From assembly GCF_003010495.1 (NCBI RefSeq), contig NZ_CP027570.1, forward strand, positions 2,280,001 through 2,312,000: 32,000 nt of DNA, in the 5' to 3' direction. The notes under the pieces are model-generated. The model searched no databases. It was given only the letters and a program-made list of their open reading frames with translations, and was not told the DNA's origin. Every line of letters starts with the position of its first letter. Positions within the stretch are counted from its first letter, which is position 1. This document shows positions 1 through 6,899 of the stretch, piece by piece. This DNA comes from Megasphaera elsdenii DSM 20460. GTDB taxonomy: Bacteria; Bacillota; Negativicutes; Veillonellales; Megasphaeraceae. Position numbers and translations under genes: made by a program.

Positions 1-1
1 C

Positions 2-256
2 CTGTTCACGGCGCCGAATAATAACGCGATTATGGGATCCGTGGCACCCAAATATTATGGGGCTGCTTCATCGGTCGTCAGTACGGTCCGCCTCATCGGC
101 CAGGTCCTCAGCGTGGCCATCATCACCTTGATTTTGTCGCAAAGCGGCGCCGCGGCTGCATCGGACTGGTTGGCCCATCATATTCAGCAAGCCTTCATTG
201 TTTTCACGATTCTCTGTGCCATTGGTATTGTCCCTTCAGCAGCACGGAGTAAGTGA
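2..256 (+). CDS. MFS-type transporter, C-terminal fragment (gene starts upstream of the window)
   Basis: The frame is open from the window edge. The translation ...LFTAPNNNAIMGSVAPKYYGAASS... is followed by hydrophobic helices, as in the last TM segments of DHA-type major-facilitator pumps. Stop TGA at 254-256. Confidence 0.6.
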   Translation: MFTAPNNNAIMGSVAPKYYGAASSVVSTVRLIGQVLSVAIITLILSQSGAAAASDWLAHHIQQAFIVFTILCAIGIVPSAARSK

Positions 257-292
257 TGATTCGTGGTTAGTAGTTAGTGATTAGTGGTTCGC
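251..292 (+). repeat. Degenerate heptad array (TAGTRRY family) starting at the MFS stop codon
   Basis: Six phased 7-nt units: AAGTGAT GATTCGT GGTTAGT AGTTAGT GATTAGT GGTTCGC. TAG/TGA stops fall in all three frames. Confidence 0.6.
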
Positions 293-345
293 AAAAGAGG
301 ATGCTGCATTAAGCCAAAAACGCTAATGCAACATCCTCTTTTCAA
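293..345. terminator. Bidirectional intrinsic terminator between convergent genes
   Basis: 18-nt arms AAAAGAGGATGCTGCATT (293-310) and AATGCAACATCCTCTTTT (325-342) with one mismatch. An A-run lies inside the 5' arm and a T-run inside the 3' arm. Confidence 0.7.
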
Positions 346-374
346 AAAGCGTATGAAATTAAATTTATGTATTT

Positions 375-416
375 ACGAGCCACGAGCCATTAACCACGAG
401 CCACTAACAACTATTT
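375..416 (-). repeat. Degenerate heptad array, inverted copy of 251-292; contains the stop codon of the 411-944 gene
   Basis: Phased 7-nt units on the + strand: ACGAGCC ACGAGCC ATTAACC ACGAGCC ACTAACA ACTATTT. These read GGCTCGT/GGTTAAT/TGTTAGT on the minus strand, the same family as 251-292. Confidence 0.55.
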
Positions 417-944
417 CACAAAATAATGGGCCGAGTCATCGACGAGGCTGTTTTCCAGGAGGGCTTTGAACTGCGGGGCACTCATTCCGGCTGCCTGGGC
501 AGAGAACTGATAGTCTCCCACTTTCCAATGAGCGACGTAGGACGTGTCGTTGATTTTAGCGATGCTGACGGGAACGCCGTCGATGACCTGGTCTTTCCAG
601 GTTACGCTATAGACGCCGGAAATATCTTTCATCGATTTATCGGCTTTCTGGGGCATCGTGCGGACGCGGACCGTCGTTTCCGGTTGGCCTAAGCGCTGGA
701 AGCCGATGTCCGCAGTGTGTTTGCCGATTAAAGAGAGGTAATAACAGCTGAAGCCGGCGTCGCGGGTCAAATACAGCGGTGTAAAGCCGGCATCTTTTAC
801 GACATTTTCATAGGTATCGTAGATCACAATAGGATTAGGTATGCCGATCGGCTGGACTTTCGGCGTACTGGCTGCGAAAGAAGTACTGCCAATCATCAAC
901 GTGGCACAGGCTACTAAGAGAGAGTTTTTTACAATGTGTTTCAA
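411..944 (-). CDS. Secreted protein of unknown function
   Basis: 177-aa ORF with a GAGGTG RBS. It has an N-terminal signal peptide, MKHIVKNSLLVACATLMIGSTSFAAS. I see no catalytic motif. Confidence 0.7.
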   Translation of the reverse strand: MKHIVKNSLLVACATLMIGSTSFAASTPKVQPIGIPNPIVIYDTYENVVKDAGFTPLYLTRDAGFSCYYLSLIGKHTADIGFQRLGQPETTVRVRTMPQKADKSMKDISGVYSVTWKDQVIDGVPVSIAKINDTSYVAHWKVGDYQFSAQAAGMSAPQFKALLENSLVDDSAHYFVK

Positions 945-971
945 TGTCTTACACCTCGTTCATCAAAAAAA

Positions 972-1020
972 TCAAACGTTTAAGCACCATAAGTATACTC
1001 AAACGTTTAATTTTTGTCAA
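972..1020 (-). promoter_or_regulatory. Sigma-70-type promoter with two near-palindromic operator-like boxes
   Basis: On the minus strand: TTGACA (1020-1015), a 17-nt spacer, then TATACT (997-992), upstream of the ATG at 944. TCAAACGTTTAA occurs twice (972-983 and 999-1010). One copy lies in the spacer and one over the predicted +1. Confidence 0.55.
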
Positions 1021-1029
1021 ACCAAGAAT

Positions 1030-1371
1030 TCATTCCCACGTTTTCCAGATTTCCGGTACGTAGCCTATGGTAGCCTTAGTACCGTTGCGGACGATGGGCG
1101 TCTTCAAGACTTGCTGATTATCCAAGACTTTAGCATCTTTTTCATCATCGACGGCATATTGAATCAAGGCCAGCGCGTTTTTATCTTTGCATTTCGGGTT
1201 GAGCATGGCGTCGAGGCCGCCGACGGCTTGTTTGACCTTGGTATATTCGCCTTTACTCAGGCCCTTTTCTTTCAGGTCGACGAATTGGACTTTGATGTTC
1301 CGTTCTTTGAAATAGCGGATGGCTTTCTTTGTATCAAAACACTTATTCGTGCCAAAAATCTGGATATTCAT
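1030..1371 (-). CDS. ArsC/Spx/YffB-family thioredoxin-fold protein
   Basis: 113 aa. The N-terminus MNIQIFGTNKCFDTKKAIRYFKERNIKVQFVDL has the beta-alpha-beta start with a single Cys that is typical of the ArsC family. Confidence 0.65.
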   Translation of the reverse strand: MNIQIFGTNKCFDTKKAIRYFKERNIKVQFVDLKEKGLSKGEYTKVKQAVGGLDAMLNPKCKDKNALALIQYAVDDEKDAKVLDNQQVLKTPIVRNGTKATIGYVPEIWKTWE

Positions 1372-1496
1372 GGAGTTCCTCCTTTAGTTTGAAAAAATAA
1401 AAAGTGAAATAAAAAACAAAAAGCTTTTACTTTTCGAAAATATACCTTATAATATACTTGTATATTATTTATTGACACCATAAGGGGGGATTTTTT

Positions 1497-2693
1497 ATGG
1501 CTAAAAAAGAAAACAAGTTCAAGGGGTATGATATTTCAACACAAGCCGTCCATACGGGCGTCGCTTATGATGCGGAAACAGGAGCCGTCCGCCGGCCGCT
1601 GCACATGGCCAATAGCTACAAGCTACCCGATGACCTGTCGAAGGTCAATTATTCTTCGACGGATCTGCTGATGTACGCCCGCAATGGCAACCCGAATCAG
1701 CACTGGCTGGAAGAAAAAGTCGCTGCCCTCCACGGAGCCGATGACGCCATCGTTCTGGGAAGCGGCGTCGCCGCCCTTCACGCTTTGTTCTGGACGCTGC
1801 TCAAGACAGGCGACCGCGTCGTCTATCCGAAAGTCAGCTATATGGCCGTCTATCGCCTGTTCCACGAATTATTCAACCGGAAATTCGGCGTCGAAACAGT
1901 CATGGTCGATATGACGGACCTGGAAGCCGTCAAAAAAGCGATTACGCCAGGGACGCGCCTGGTCCATATCGAGACGCCGGACAATCCAACTGACGGTATT
2001 TCAGACATTGCGGCCATTGCCAAAATCGCTCATGAAAATGGAGCGGCCTTGTCTGTCGACAATACCTTTGCATCGCCTCTCAATCAGCATCCCTTGGATT
2101 TCGGCGCTGACTTTGTCGTCGAATCGCTGACCAAATATATCAACGGCCACGGCGATGCCCAAGGAGGGGCTATCATTTCCAACGACTTGGCGACGATGGA
2201 CCGGATCCGCTATGAAGCCCAGGTCAATGTCGGCTCTGTCATCAGTCCCTTCAATGCCTGGCAGATCTTCCGCGGTGCCGTCACCTTCCCTTTGCGGATG
2301 GAACGCATCAATGCGTCGACGCAAAAAATCGCAGAATGGCTGGAACAGCGCCAAAACGTCACGTTCGTTTCCTATCCCGGCCTGCCCAGCAACCCTGGCC
2401 ACGAATTGGCCAAAAAGCAGATGAAACACGGTTTTGGCGGCGTTATTTCTTTTGGCATCGCTGCTGACGACAAGGCGGTCGAACGGTTCTGCGCGGCCTT
2501 GAAAGTCGTCACCTTTGCCGTCTCCCTCGGCCATGACGAAAGCCTGATTTTCCCGCAGCCGAGCTACGATGAACGCATCAATCTCTATCCGGAAAAATTC
2601 CGCAAGGGCTTCATCCGCTTCAGCATCGGCCTGGAAGATCCGGACGACATCATCGGCGACCTCAATCAGGCCTTGAAAGCCATCGGCTTATAA
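1497..2693 (+). CDS. Cys/Met-metabolism PLP-dependent enzyme (methionine gamma-lyase / O-acetylhomoserine sulfhydrylase family)
   Basis: 398 aa with a GGGGGA RBS. The PLP-lysine motif SLTKYINGHGD and the length are typical of the trans-sulfuration family. Confidence 0.8.
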   Translation: MAKKENKFKGYDISTQAVHTGVAYDAETGAVRRPLHMANSYKLPDDLSKVNYSSTDLLMYARNGNPNQHWLEEKVAALHGADDAIVLGSGVAALHALFWTLLKTGDRVVYPKVSYMAVYRLFHELFNRKFGVETVMVDMTDLEAVKKAITPGTRLVHIETPDNPTDGISDIAAIAKIAHENGAALSVDNTFASPLNQHPLDFGADFVVESLTKYINGHGDAQGGAIISNDLATMDRIRYEAQVNVGSVISPFNAWQIFRGAVTFPLRMERINASTQKIAEWLEQRQNVTFVSYPGLPSNPGHELAKKQMKHGFGGVISFGIAADDKAVERFCAALKVVTFAVSLGHDESLIFPQPSYDERINLYPEKFRKGFIRFSIGLEDPDDIIGDLNQALKAIGL

Positions 2694-2695
2694 GG

Positions 2696-3457
2696 TCAGC
2701 GGAACCAACGGCTACCATATAACAAAATAGATTGGGGAATCCACCCCGACAGAAAGCGAAGCAAGGTCGAGACGACATCCGGTGTGATGACGACTCGGCC
2801 TTTTTTCACGGCCCGGAAAGATCGGCGGGCAATGACCTCTTTCGTCCCTGCCAGGGGATAATGGCGGAACTGCTGGTTCCTATCGGTCTGGATGGCCGTC
2901 GCAATAAATTCCGTGTCTTTGACCCAATACGGGCAGATGGCAGAAACGAGGATTCCCTGTGGGGCCAGTTCAGCGGCCAGGGCCCGGCTGTAGCGCAGGA
3001 GAAAGGCCTTGGTCGCCGAATAGACGGCCAGTTCCGGAATAGGCAGGAAAGCGGCACACGAACAAATCTGGACGAGGTGGCTGCCGGCCTTGCAGTATGG
3101 CAGGACTAACTCGACCAGGCTGATTGCGGCCCGGTCATTGAGGTCGACCATCTTTTCCTGAACACCTGACGGAATCGTCATGACGGAACCCATCTTGCCG
3201 AAGCCCGCTGCATGAATCAAATAGCGGACGATAGCCCTACTATCGGTTAAGGCTTGCTGTAAAATCCGAAAGAAATCGTTCTCGGTCAGGTCCAGCGGAT
3301 AGAGGCGGCTTTTCGTCTTCAAGGCCCCGGCCAGGTCTTCCAGCTGCGGACGGCGCCGGGCGACGAGCCAGATTTCATCTAAGCCTTCGTCATCCAATAA
3401 TTTTACGTATTCCCTTCCCAACCCGGAAGAGGCACCGGTCACAATGGCTATATCCAT
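2696..3457 (-). CDS. Short-chain dehydrogenase/reductase (SDR)
   Basis: TGASSGLG Rossmann motif and YSATK catalytic motif. I trimmed the start to the ATG at 3457, which is preceded by AGGAGGGG. The ORF-track start at 3487 has no RBS. Confidence 0.8.
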   Translation of the reverse strand: MDIAIVTGASSGLGREYVKLLDDEGLDEIWLVARRRPQLEDLAGALKTKSRLYPLDLTENDFFRILQQALTDSRAIVRYLIHAAGFGKMGSVMTIPSGVQEKMVDLNDRAAISLVELVLPYCKAGSHLVQICSCAAFLPIPELAVYSATKAFLLRYSRALAAELAPQGILVSAICPYWVKDTEFIATAIQTDRNQQFRHYPLAGTKEVIARRSFRAVKKGRVVITPDVVSTLLRFLSGWIPQSILLYGSRWFR

Positions 3458-3999
3458 GATTTCCCCTCCTGACACTTTCGATAGCACTGCAAATATTCAG
3501 CTTCGACGTCGGCAAAAGGCCGTGGTTCATAATCGGGAAGGCAATGCACCTGTGGCTGCGCACTGTCCGGCTTGTCCTGCAAGAGATAGGTCAGATCATA
3601 CCAGAGGAACGCATTGTCAATGTCTTTGAGGAGCCGCGTTTCTTCTGCTGTCAAAGGCTGGCCCAGGAATTTCTCGTAAATGACGTCGAGCAGCCTGGCT
3701 TCCGTCTGACGGTAAATCGGCATGAGCTGCTTCATCGGCCGTGGTACGTCAGACATATAACATTCCGTCGCATCGTGCAATAGGGCTGCCAGGACCAGAT
3801 GAGATGGCAAATTCCTGGCCCGGGCCTCCTTGGCACATTGCAGGCAATGCTGGCCAACGGAATAAAAAGTCGTCACATGGCCATTGCCCCGACAGATGAG
3901 CGACAGGGCGTGGGCAATGTCTTCGATACAGATAGCCTCGGGATTGGGATGGGTAATGTCGAAATGTTTTCCACTGTAGGTAGTGATTTGAGGAGACAT
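3448..3999 (-). CDS. HD-domain phosphohydrolase (YfbR-like)
   Basis: 183 aa with H...HD metal-ligand motifs (GQHCLQ, LLHDATECYMSDVP). Its stop overlaps the SDR start (ATGGATATAG), which suggests translational coupling. Confidence 0.7.
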   Translation of the reverse strand: MSPQITTYSGKHFDITHPNPEAICIEDIAHALSLICRGNGHVTTFYSVGQHCLQCAKEARARNLPSHLVLAALLHDATECYMSDVPRPMKQLMPIYRQTEARLLDVIYEKFLGQPLTAEETRLLKDIDNAFLWYDLTYLLQDKPDSAQPQVHCLPDYEPRPFADVEAEYLQCYRKCQEGKSWI

Positions 4000-4132
4000 G
4001 GTGTTTAGGTACTTCTTTCTCTGATTATTTTTGCGTTTGGAGGCATATTATTCCGATAAGTATTAATTATCGGAAAATCTAGGTTTTAAGCTAAAATTTC
4101 TATATCTTGCCGCCGCGTTTGCCGCCATGATT

Positions 4133-5254
4133 TTACAAAATCGAATCGAGTTTCTTCATGGCTTCCCGATTACGCTTATCTGTAATGGTATCGTAAATAT
4201 TAGCCGTCGTCGCAATCGAAGAATGACCTAGCCGTTTGGACACGTAGTCGAGCTCGATATTATTTTCCAACATCATCGTGGCATGGGTATGGCGGAAAGA
4301 ATGGAAACTGCCGCCACCAAATTCCTTTTTGCACCACATATTGAAATAGCGCATATCATTGCTGTTCATCGGACGGCCGTCTTCGCGGGTACAGACAAAA
4401 TCGCTTTCGACGTAATCGTCACCGTAGAGACGGTGGTTCTTGGCCTGCTGGGCCTTATGGCGGACCAGGGCTTTGTATAAAGTCTCATTAAAGGGAATCG
4501 TCCGGACCGATGACTTGGTCTTGGGCGTCGCCTTGCAAACAGGGATGCCTTTTTTATCATATAAGGTACTATCAACGGAAATCGTTCGGTTTTCCATGTC
4601 TATATGAGACCATTGCAAGGCCAGACATTCCCCGACACGAAGGCCTGTACAATAGGCAATCATGCAGGGAGCGTAATATTTATGCCCCAACGGAAAGGCG
4701 TGGAAAATAATCTGTATCTGCTGATGCGAAAAGATGACCGGCTTTTTCCGGGGAACGTCAAATTTCGGCATCTTGACATTGGCCATGGGATTCGTTTCGA
4801 TGTACTGGCGGTTGGAAACGGCCCAGCGCATGGCATCATTGAAGACCGTGAAAATCGACTTGACCGTCGAGCGGGAATAACCATCCTGCTTCAAGCTGTT
4901 GATCCAGTCCTGGATTTCCGCCGTCGTCAGCGCATCCAAAGCTTCATTCCCGAAACGGGCACCAATATGCCATTTAATGATTCCCGCATAGGAATCGTAC
5001 GTATTGGGCCCTAAATTGATACGCACATCTTTTTCCAGCCATTCCAATAAAAAATCCATCATCTTTATGACTGGCTTTTCCGAAACCGCTGCTTCATCGA
5101 GAGCCTTCATGGCCTGCCGATAGGCTTTAGCGGCCTGTGCATACGAAGTACCGCCGACGCGTTCTTCCCGCAGCCTGCCCTGACCATCTTTCGTCGGGAC
5201 TTCAATCGTATAATACCATTTCTTGCCTCGTTTTCGTAAATACATATGCGGCAC
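4133..5254 (-). CDS. Tyrosine site-specific recombinase / phage-type integrase
   Basis: The C-terminal catalytic signature is HSFRHTHATMML...LGHSSIATTANIYDT (HxxR, H, Y). The N-terminus (KKWYYTIEV) resembles an arm-binding domain. The second ATG at 5245 has better AGGAGG spacing. Confidence 0.9.
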   Translation of the reverse strand: MPHMYLRKRGKKWYYTIEVPTKDGQGRLREERVGGTSYAQAAKAYRQAMKALDEAAVSEKPVIKMMDFLLEWLEKDVRINLGPNTYDSYAGIIKWHIGARFGNEALDALTTAEIQDWINSLKQDGYSRSTVKSIFTVFNDAMRWAVSNRQYIETNPMANVKMPKFDVPRKKPVIFSHQQIQIIFHAFPLGHKYYAPCMIAYCTGLRVGECLALQWSHIDMENRTISVDSTLYDKKGIPVCKATPKTKSSVRTIPFNETLYKALVRHKAQQAKNHRLYGDDYVESDFVCTREDGRPMNSNDMRYFNMWCKKEFGGGSFHSFRHTHATMMLENNIELDYVSKRLGHSSIATTANIYDTITDKRNREAMKKLDSIL

Positions 5255-5268
5255 CTCCTTTGTTTACT

Positions 5269-5297
5269 ATTGTACTATGAGAAAAGACAAGATGCAA
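5269..5297 (-). promoter_or_regulatory. Candidate promoter of the integrase gene
   Basis: On the minus strand: TTGCAT (5297-5292), a 17-nt spacer, then TACAAT (5274-5269), just upstream of the integrase RBS. Confidence 0.5.
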
Positions 5298-5418
5298 CAA
5301 ATGTTCCTGCAAAATTTGCCGATTTAAGGAAATTTAAACAGGCACTCCATGTAATAACTCACGGAATAGTTAAATTCTCCTTATAAAGGCATTTACGGAA
5401 ATTATGTAAAAATCCGGC

Positions 5419-5477
5419 AAAAAAAAGAAACTATGTTCGACGAGGCATTCGCCCCCCCCATCATCGAACATAGTTTC
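5419..5477 (-). terminator. Intrinsic terminator (minus strand)
   Basis: 14-bp stem GAAACTATGTTCGA (5427-5440) / TCGAACATAGTTTC (5464-5477). On the minus strand it is followed by T8 (the A8 at 5419-5426 on the + strand). The loop contains a C8 tract. Confidence 0.65.
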
Positions 5478-5514
5478 TAATTGCTTTATTTGGCCGATAT
5501 GGTAAAATAAAAAC

Positions 5515-5601
5515 AGAGATAGTCCGATGGCGGAACATCGGCTCTCCTCTGAATGTTGTAACTGAAGAAGGCCGTGTACCGCAAAGGTATGCGGTTTTTT
5601 T
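5515..5601 (+). ncRNA. Candidate small RNA convergent with the toxin mRNA (possible type I antitoxin)
   Basis: Promoter: TTGCTT (5481-5486), 16 nt, then TGGTAAAAT as an extended -10 (5503-5508). Internal hairpin CCGATG/CATCGG. The 3' hairpin ACCGCA/TGCGGT (5578-5595) is followed by T7. There is no ORF. Confidence 0.35.
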
Positions 5602-5612
5602 CAGTTCATAAA

Positions 5613-5693
5613 TTATTTCTTACTAGCTGAAATAACCAGCACAATAAGCGTAGCAAAAGCTATCATCAAGGATAATGCTTCGTATACACTCAT
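5613..5693 (-). CDS. 26-aa hydrophobic peptide, holin-like type I toxin family
   Basis: Not in the ORF track. It translates as MSVYEALSLMIAFATLIVLVISASKK. A GGGGTGA RBS lies 5 nt upstream. The M-S-x-[YF]-E-A-L-x-L-M start, single TM helix and KK tail match my recollection of the 'putative holin-like toxin' peptides of Firmicutes. Confidence 0.55.
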   Translation of the reverse strand: MSVYEALSLMIAFATLIVLVISASKK

Positions 5694-5787
5694 GCCGATC
5701 ACCCCGCTTTCGCGAGGAAAACCGAATACATCGAACTATCTCATGAGAATAAGTTCATCATGTTTTTAGACAGACTTCAAGAAAGGG

Positions 5788-5840
5788 TCGCCAGCTCGTG
5801 TTAGTCTTAAGGGGATTTAACATGAGCTGGCGGCTTTTTT
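5788..5840 (+). terminator. Hairpin plus T-tract just downstream of the 5859 stop (stronger on the + strand, possibly bidirectional)
   Basis: Arms GTCGCCAGCTCGTG (5788-5801) / CATGAGCTGGCGGC (5821-5834). The two non-Watson-Crick positions are G-U in + strand RNA and C-A in minus strand RNA. T6 at 5835-5840. Confidence 0.5.
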
Positions 5841-5858
5841 ATACTTGAACGAACGTTT

Positions 5859-6899
5859 TCAATGGATTTTTTGCTGAATGTAAAATAACTTATCCAGCTG
5901 GTCTGTCGGCAGCACGTTCAGATGGGAAATGTCGTTTCGTGCCTGGTAGGCGCACTGGAACCATTCGTCGTCTTTTTCTTGGAAGAAGAGGCCCTGCCCC
6001 CGCAGGTAGTGCTGCAGGTGGCGGAGTTCCAGGTCCGTAGGCCGGTTCAGTTCTTTTCCGTATTCGTCCTGCTGGGGCAGTATCTGCTGTATCATCGTTT
6101 CGTATTTCCGGACCAGGTAACGGCGGATATCTTCGAGAATAGGTAAGACGTGCTGCATCTGTGTTTCCAGGAGGATTGGCACCAGGTCGACCGATAGCTT
6201 TTGTTCCTGTATGACTGTTTCCGGGTGGAAGTACAGGTCCTGCCGGGCCAGGGCCAGGCAGAGGCGGCCATCCATGCCGGCGATTTTGGCGATGATGTCG
6301 GCGGCATAGTACTGCTGACACAGGTTGAGTTCTGTATCGCGCAGACAGGTCATGGCGAAATACTGGATGTCATAATGATAGAGGTAGTGCTTGCGGTCCA
6401 GGAGGTGTACACCGGCCATCTTGTCCCAGGCTGCCAGGACCGGAGAAGGGGCCCGGAAGATCCAGGCACTCCCCTCCCGGCCGGCCAAGCGGCCTACGGC
6501 AGCGGCAGCCTGGGCCAGCCAGGGACAGTCACCGGAAGCGGAATCGATAAAAAAGACGTAATGCTGCAGCCCGGACTGACGGATCAGGCTGGTCAGCGGC
6601 GATTCATCTAAGGGGTCGAAGCGGAACTGGGGTGCATATTGCTGGGCGATGAAGGCTGTAAAGGCATTGACATCGTCAAAATCATCGGCAGCGATGCGCA
6701 CGTAATGGCAGTCACAGTCATAGCTGGAAATGCGGTCTTTCAGGGCTTCCGTGAACACGTCATCATCTAAGTCGGCATCCATGGCCAGGCACTGCTGGTC
6801 CAGGATGGCCCTGGCGATTTCCTTGACATATTTATGAGGTCCGGCGACTTCACGCCACCAGATATTGCCGGCTCCTTCATTCCATTCACGCGTTTCCAT
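5859..6899 (-). CDS. Hypothetical protein with a C-terminal HEPN-type RNxxxH motif; partner of the giant NTPase
   Basis: 346 aa. The start ATG overlaps the upstream gene's end by 14 nt. The C-terminus is ...QCAYQARNDISHLNVLPTDQLDKLFYIQQKIH, with R321-N-D-I-S-H326 encoded at 5922-5939. I recognise nothing in the N-terminal part. Confidence 0.8.
   Translation of the reverse strand: METREWNEGAGNIWWREVAGPHKYVKEIARAILDQQCLAMDADLDDDVFTEALKDRISSYDCDCHYVRIAADDFDDVNAFTAFIAQQYAPQFRFDPLDESPLTSLIRQSGLQHYVFFIDSASGDCPWLAQAAAAVGRLAGREGSAWIFRAPSPVLAAWDKMAGVHLLDRKHYLYHYDIQYFAMTCLRDTELNLCQQYYAADIIAKIAGMDGRLCLALARQDLYFHPETVIQEQKLSVDLVPILLETQMQHVLPILEDIRRYLVRKYETMIQQILPQQDEYGKELNRPTDLELRHLQHYLRGQGLFFQEKDDEWFQCAYQARNDISHLNVLPTDQLDKLFYIQQKIH

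Noticed and set aside
284-469. 61-aa + strand ORF
   Set aside because: It runs through the bidirectional terminator hairpin and the heptad arrays into the 3' end of the convergent gene, so it is very unlikely to be coding.
841-1392. 183-aa + strand ORF spanning the promoter region and the ArsC-family gene
   Set aside because: It crosses an intergenic promoter and is antisense to a well-formed ArsC-family ORF. It has no RBS or motif.
1372-1496. S-box (SAM) riboswitch or T-box leader upstream of the Cys/Met PLP enzyme gene
   Set aside because: The whole intergenic region is 125 nt and AT-rich. A plausible promoter (TTTACT, 16 nt, TATAAT at 1426-1453) leaves only a ~40-nt leader, too short for either element.
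4001-4132. att-site direct repeats shared with 12208-12366 or 5255-5860
   Set aside because: I found only short AT-rich matches such as TATTAATT, indistinguishable from chance. The hairpin TTCCGATAA/TTATCGGAA at 4051-4075 has no partner elsewhere in the window.
5452-5459. C8 homopolymer as a phase-variation switch
   Set aside because: It lies in the loop of a terminator hairpin in non-coding DNA, so length changes would have no obvious frame or spacing consequence.
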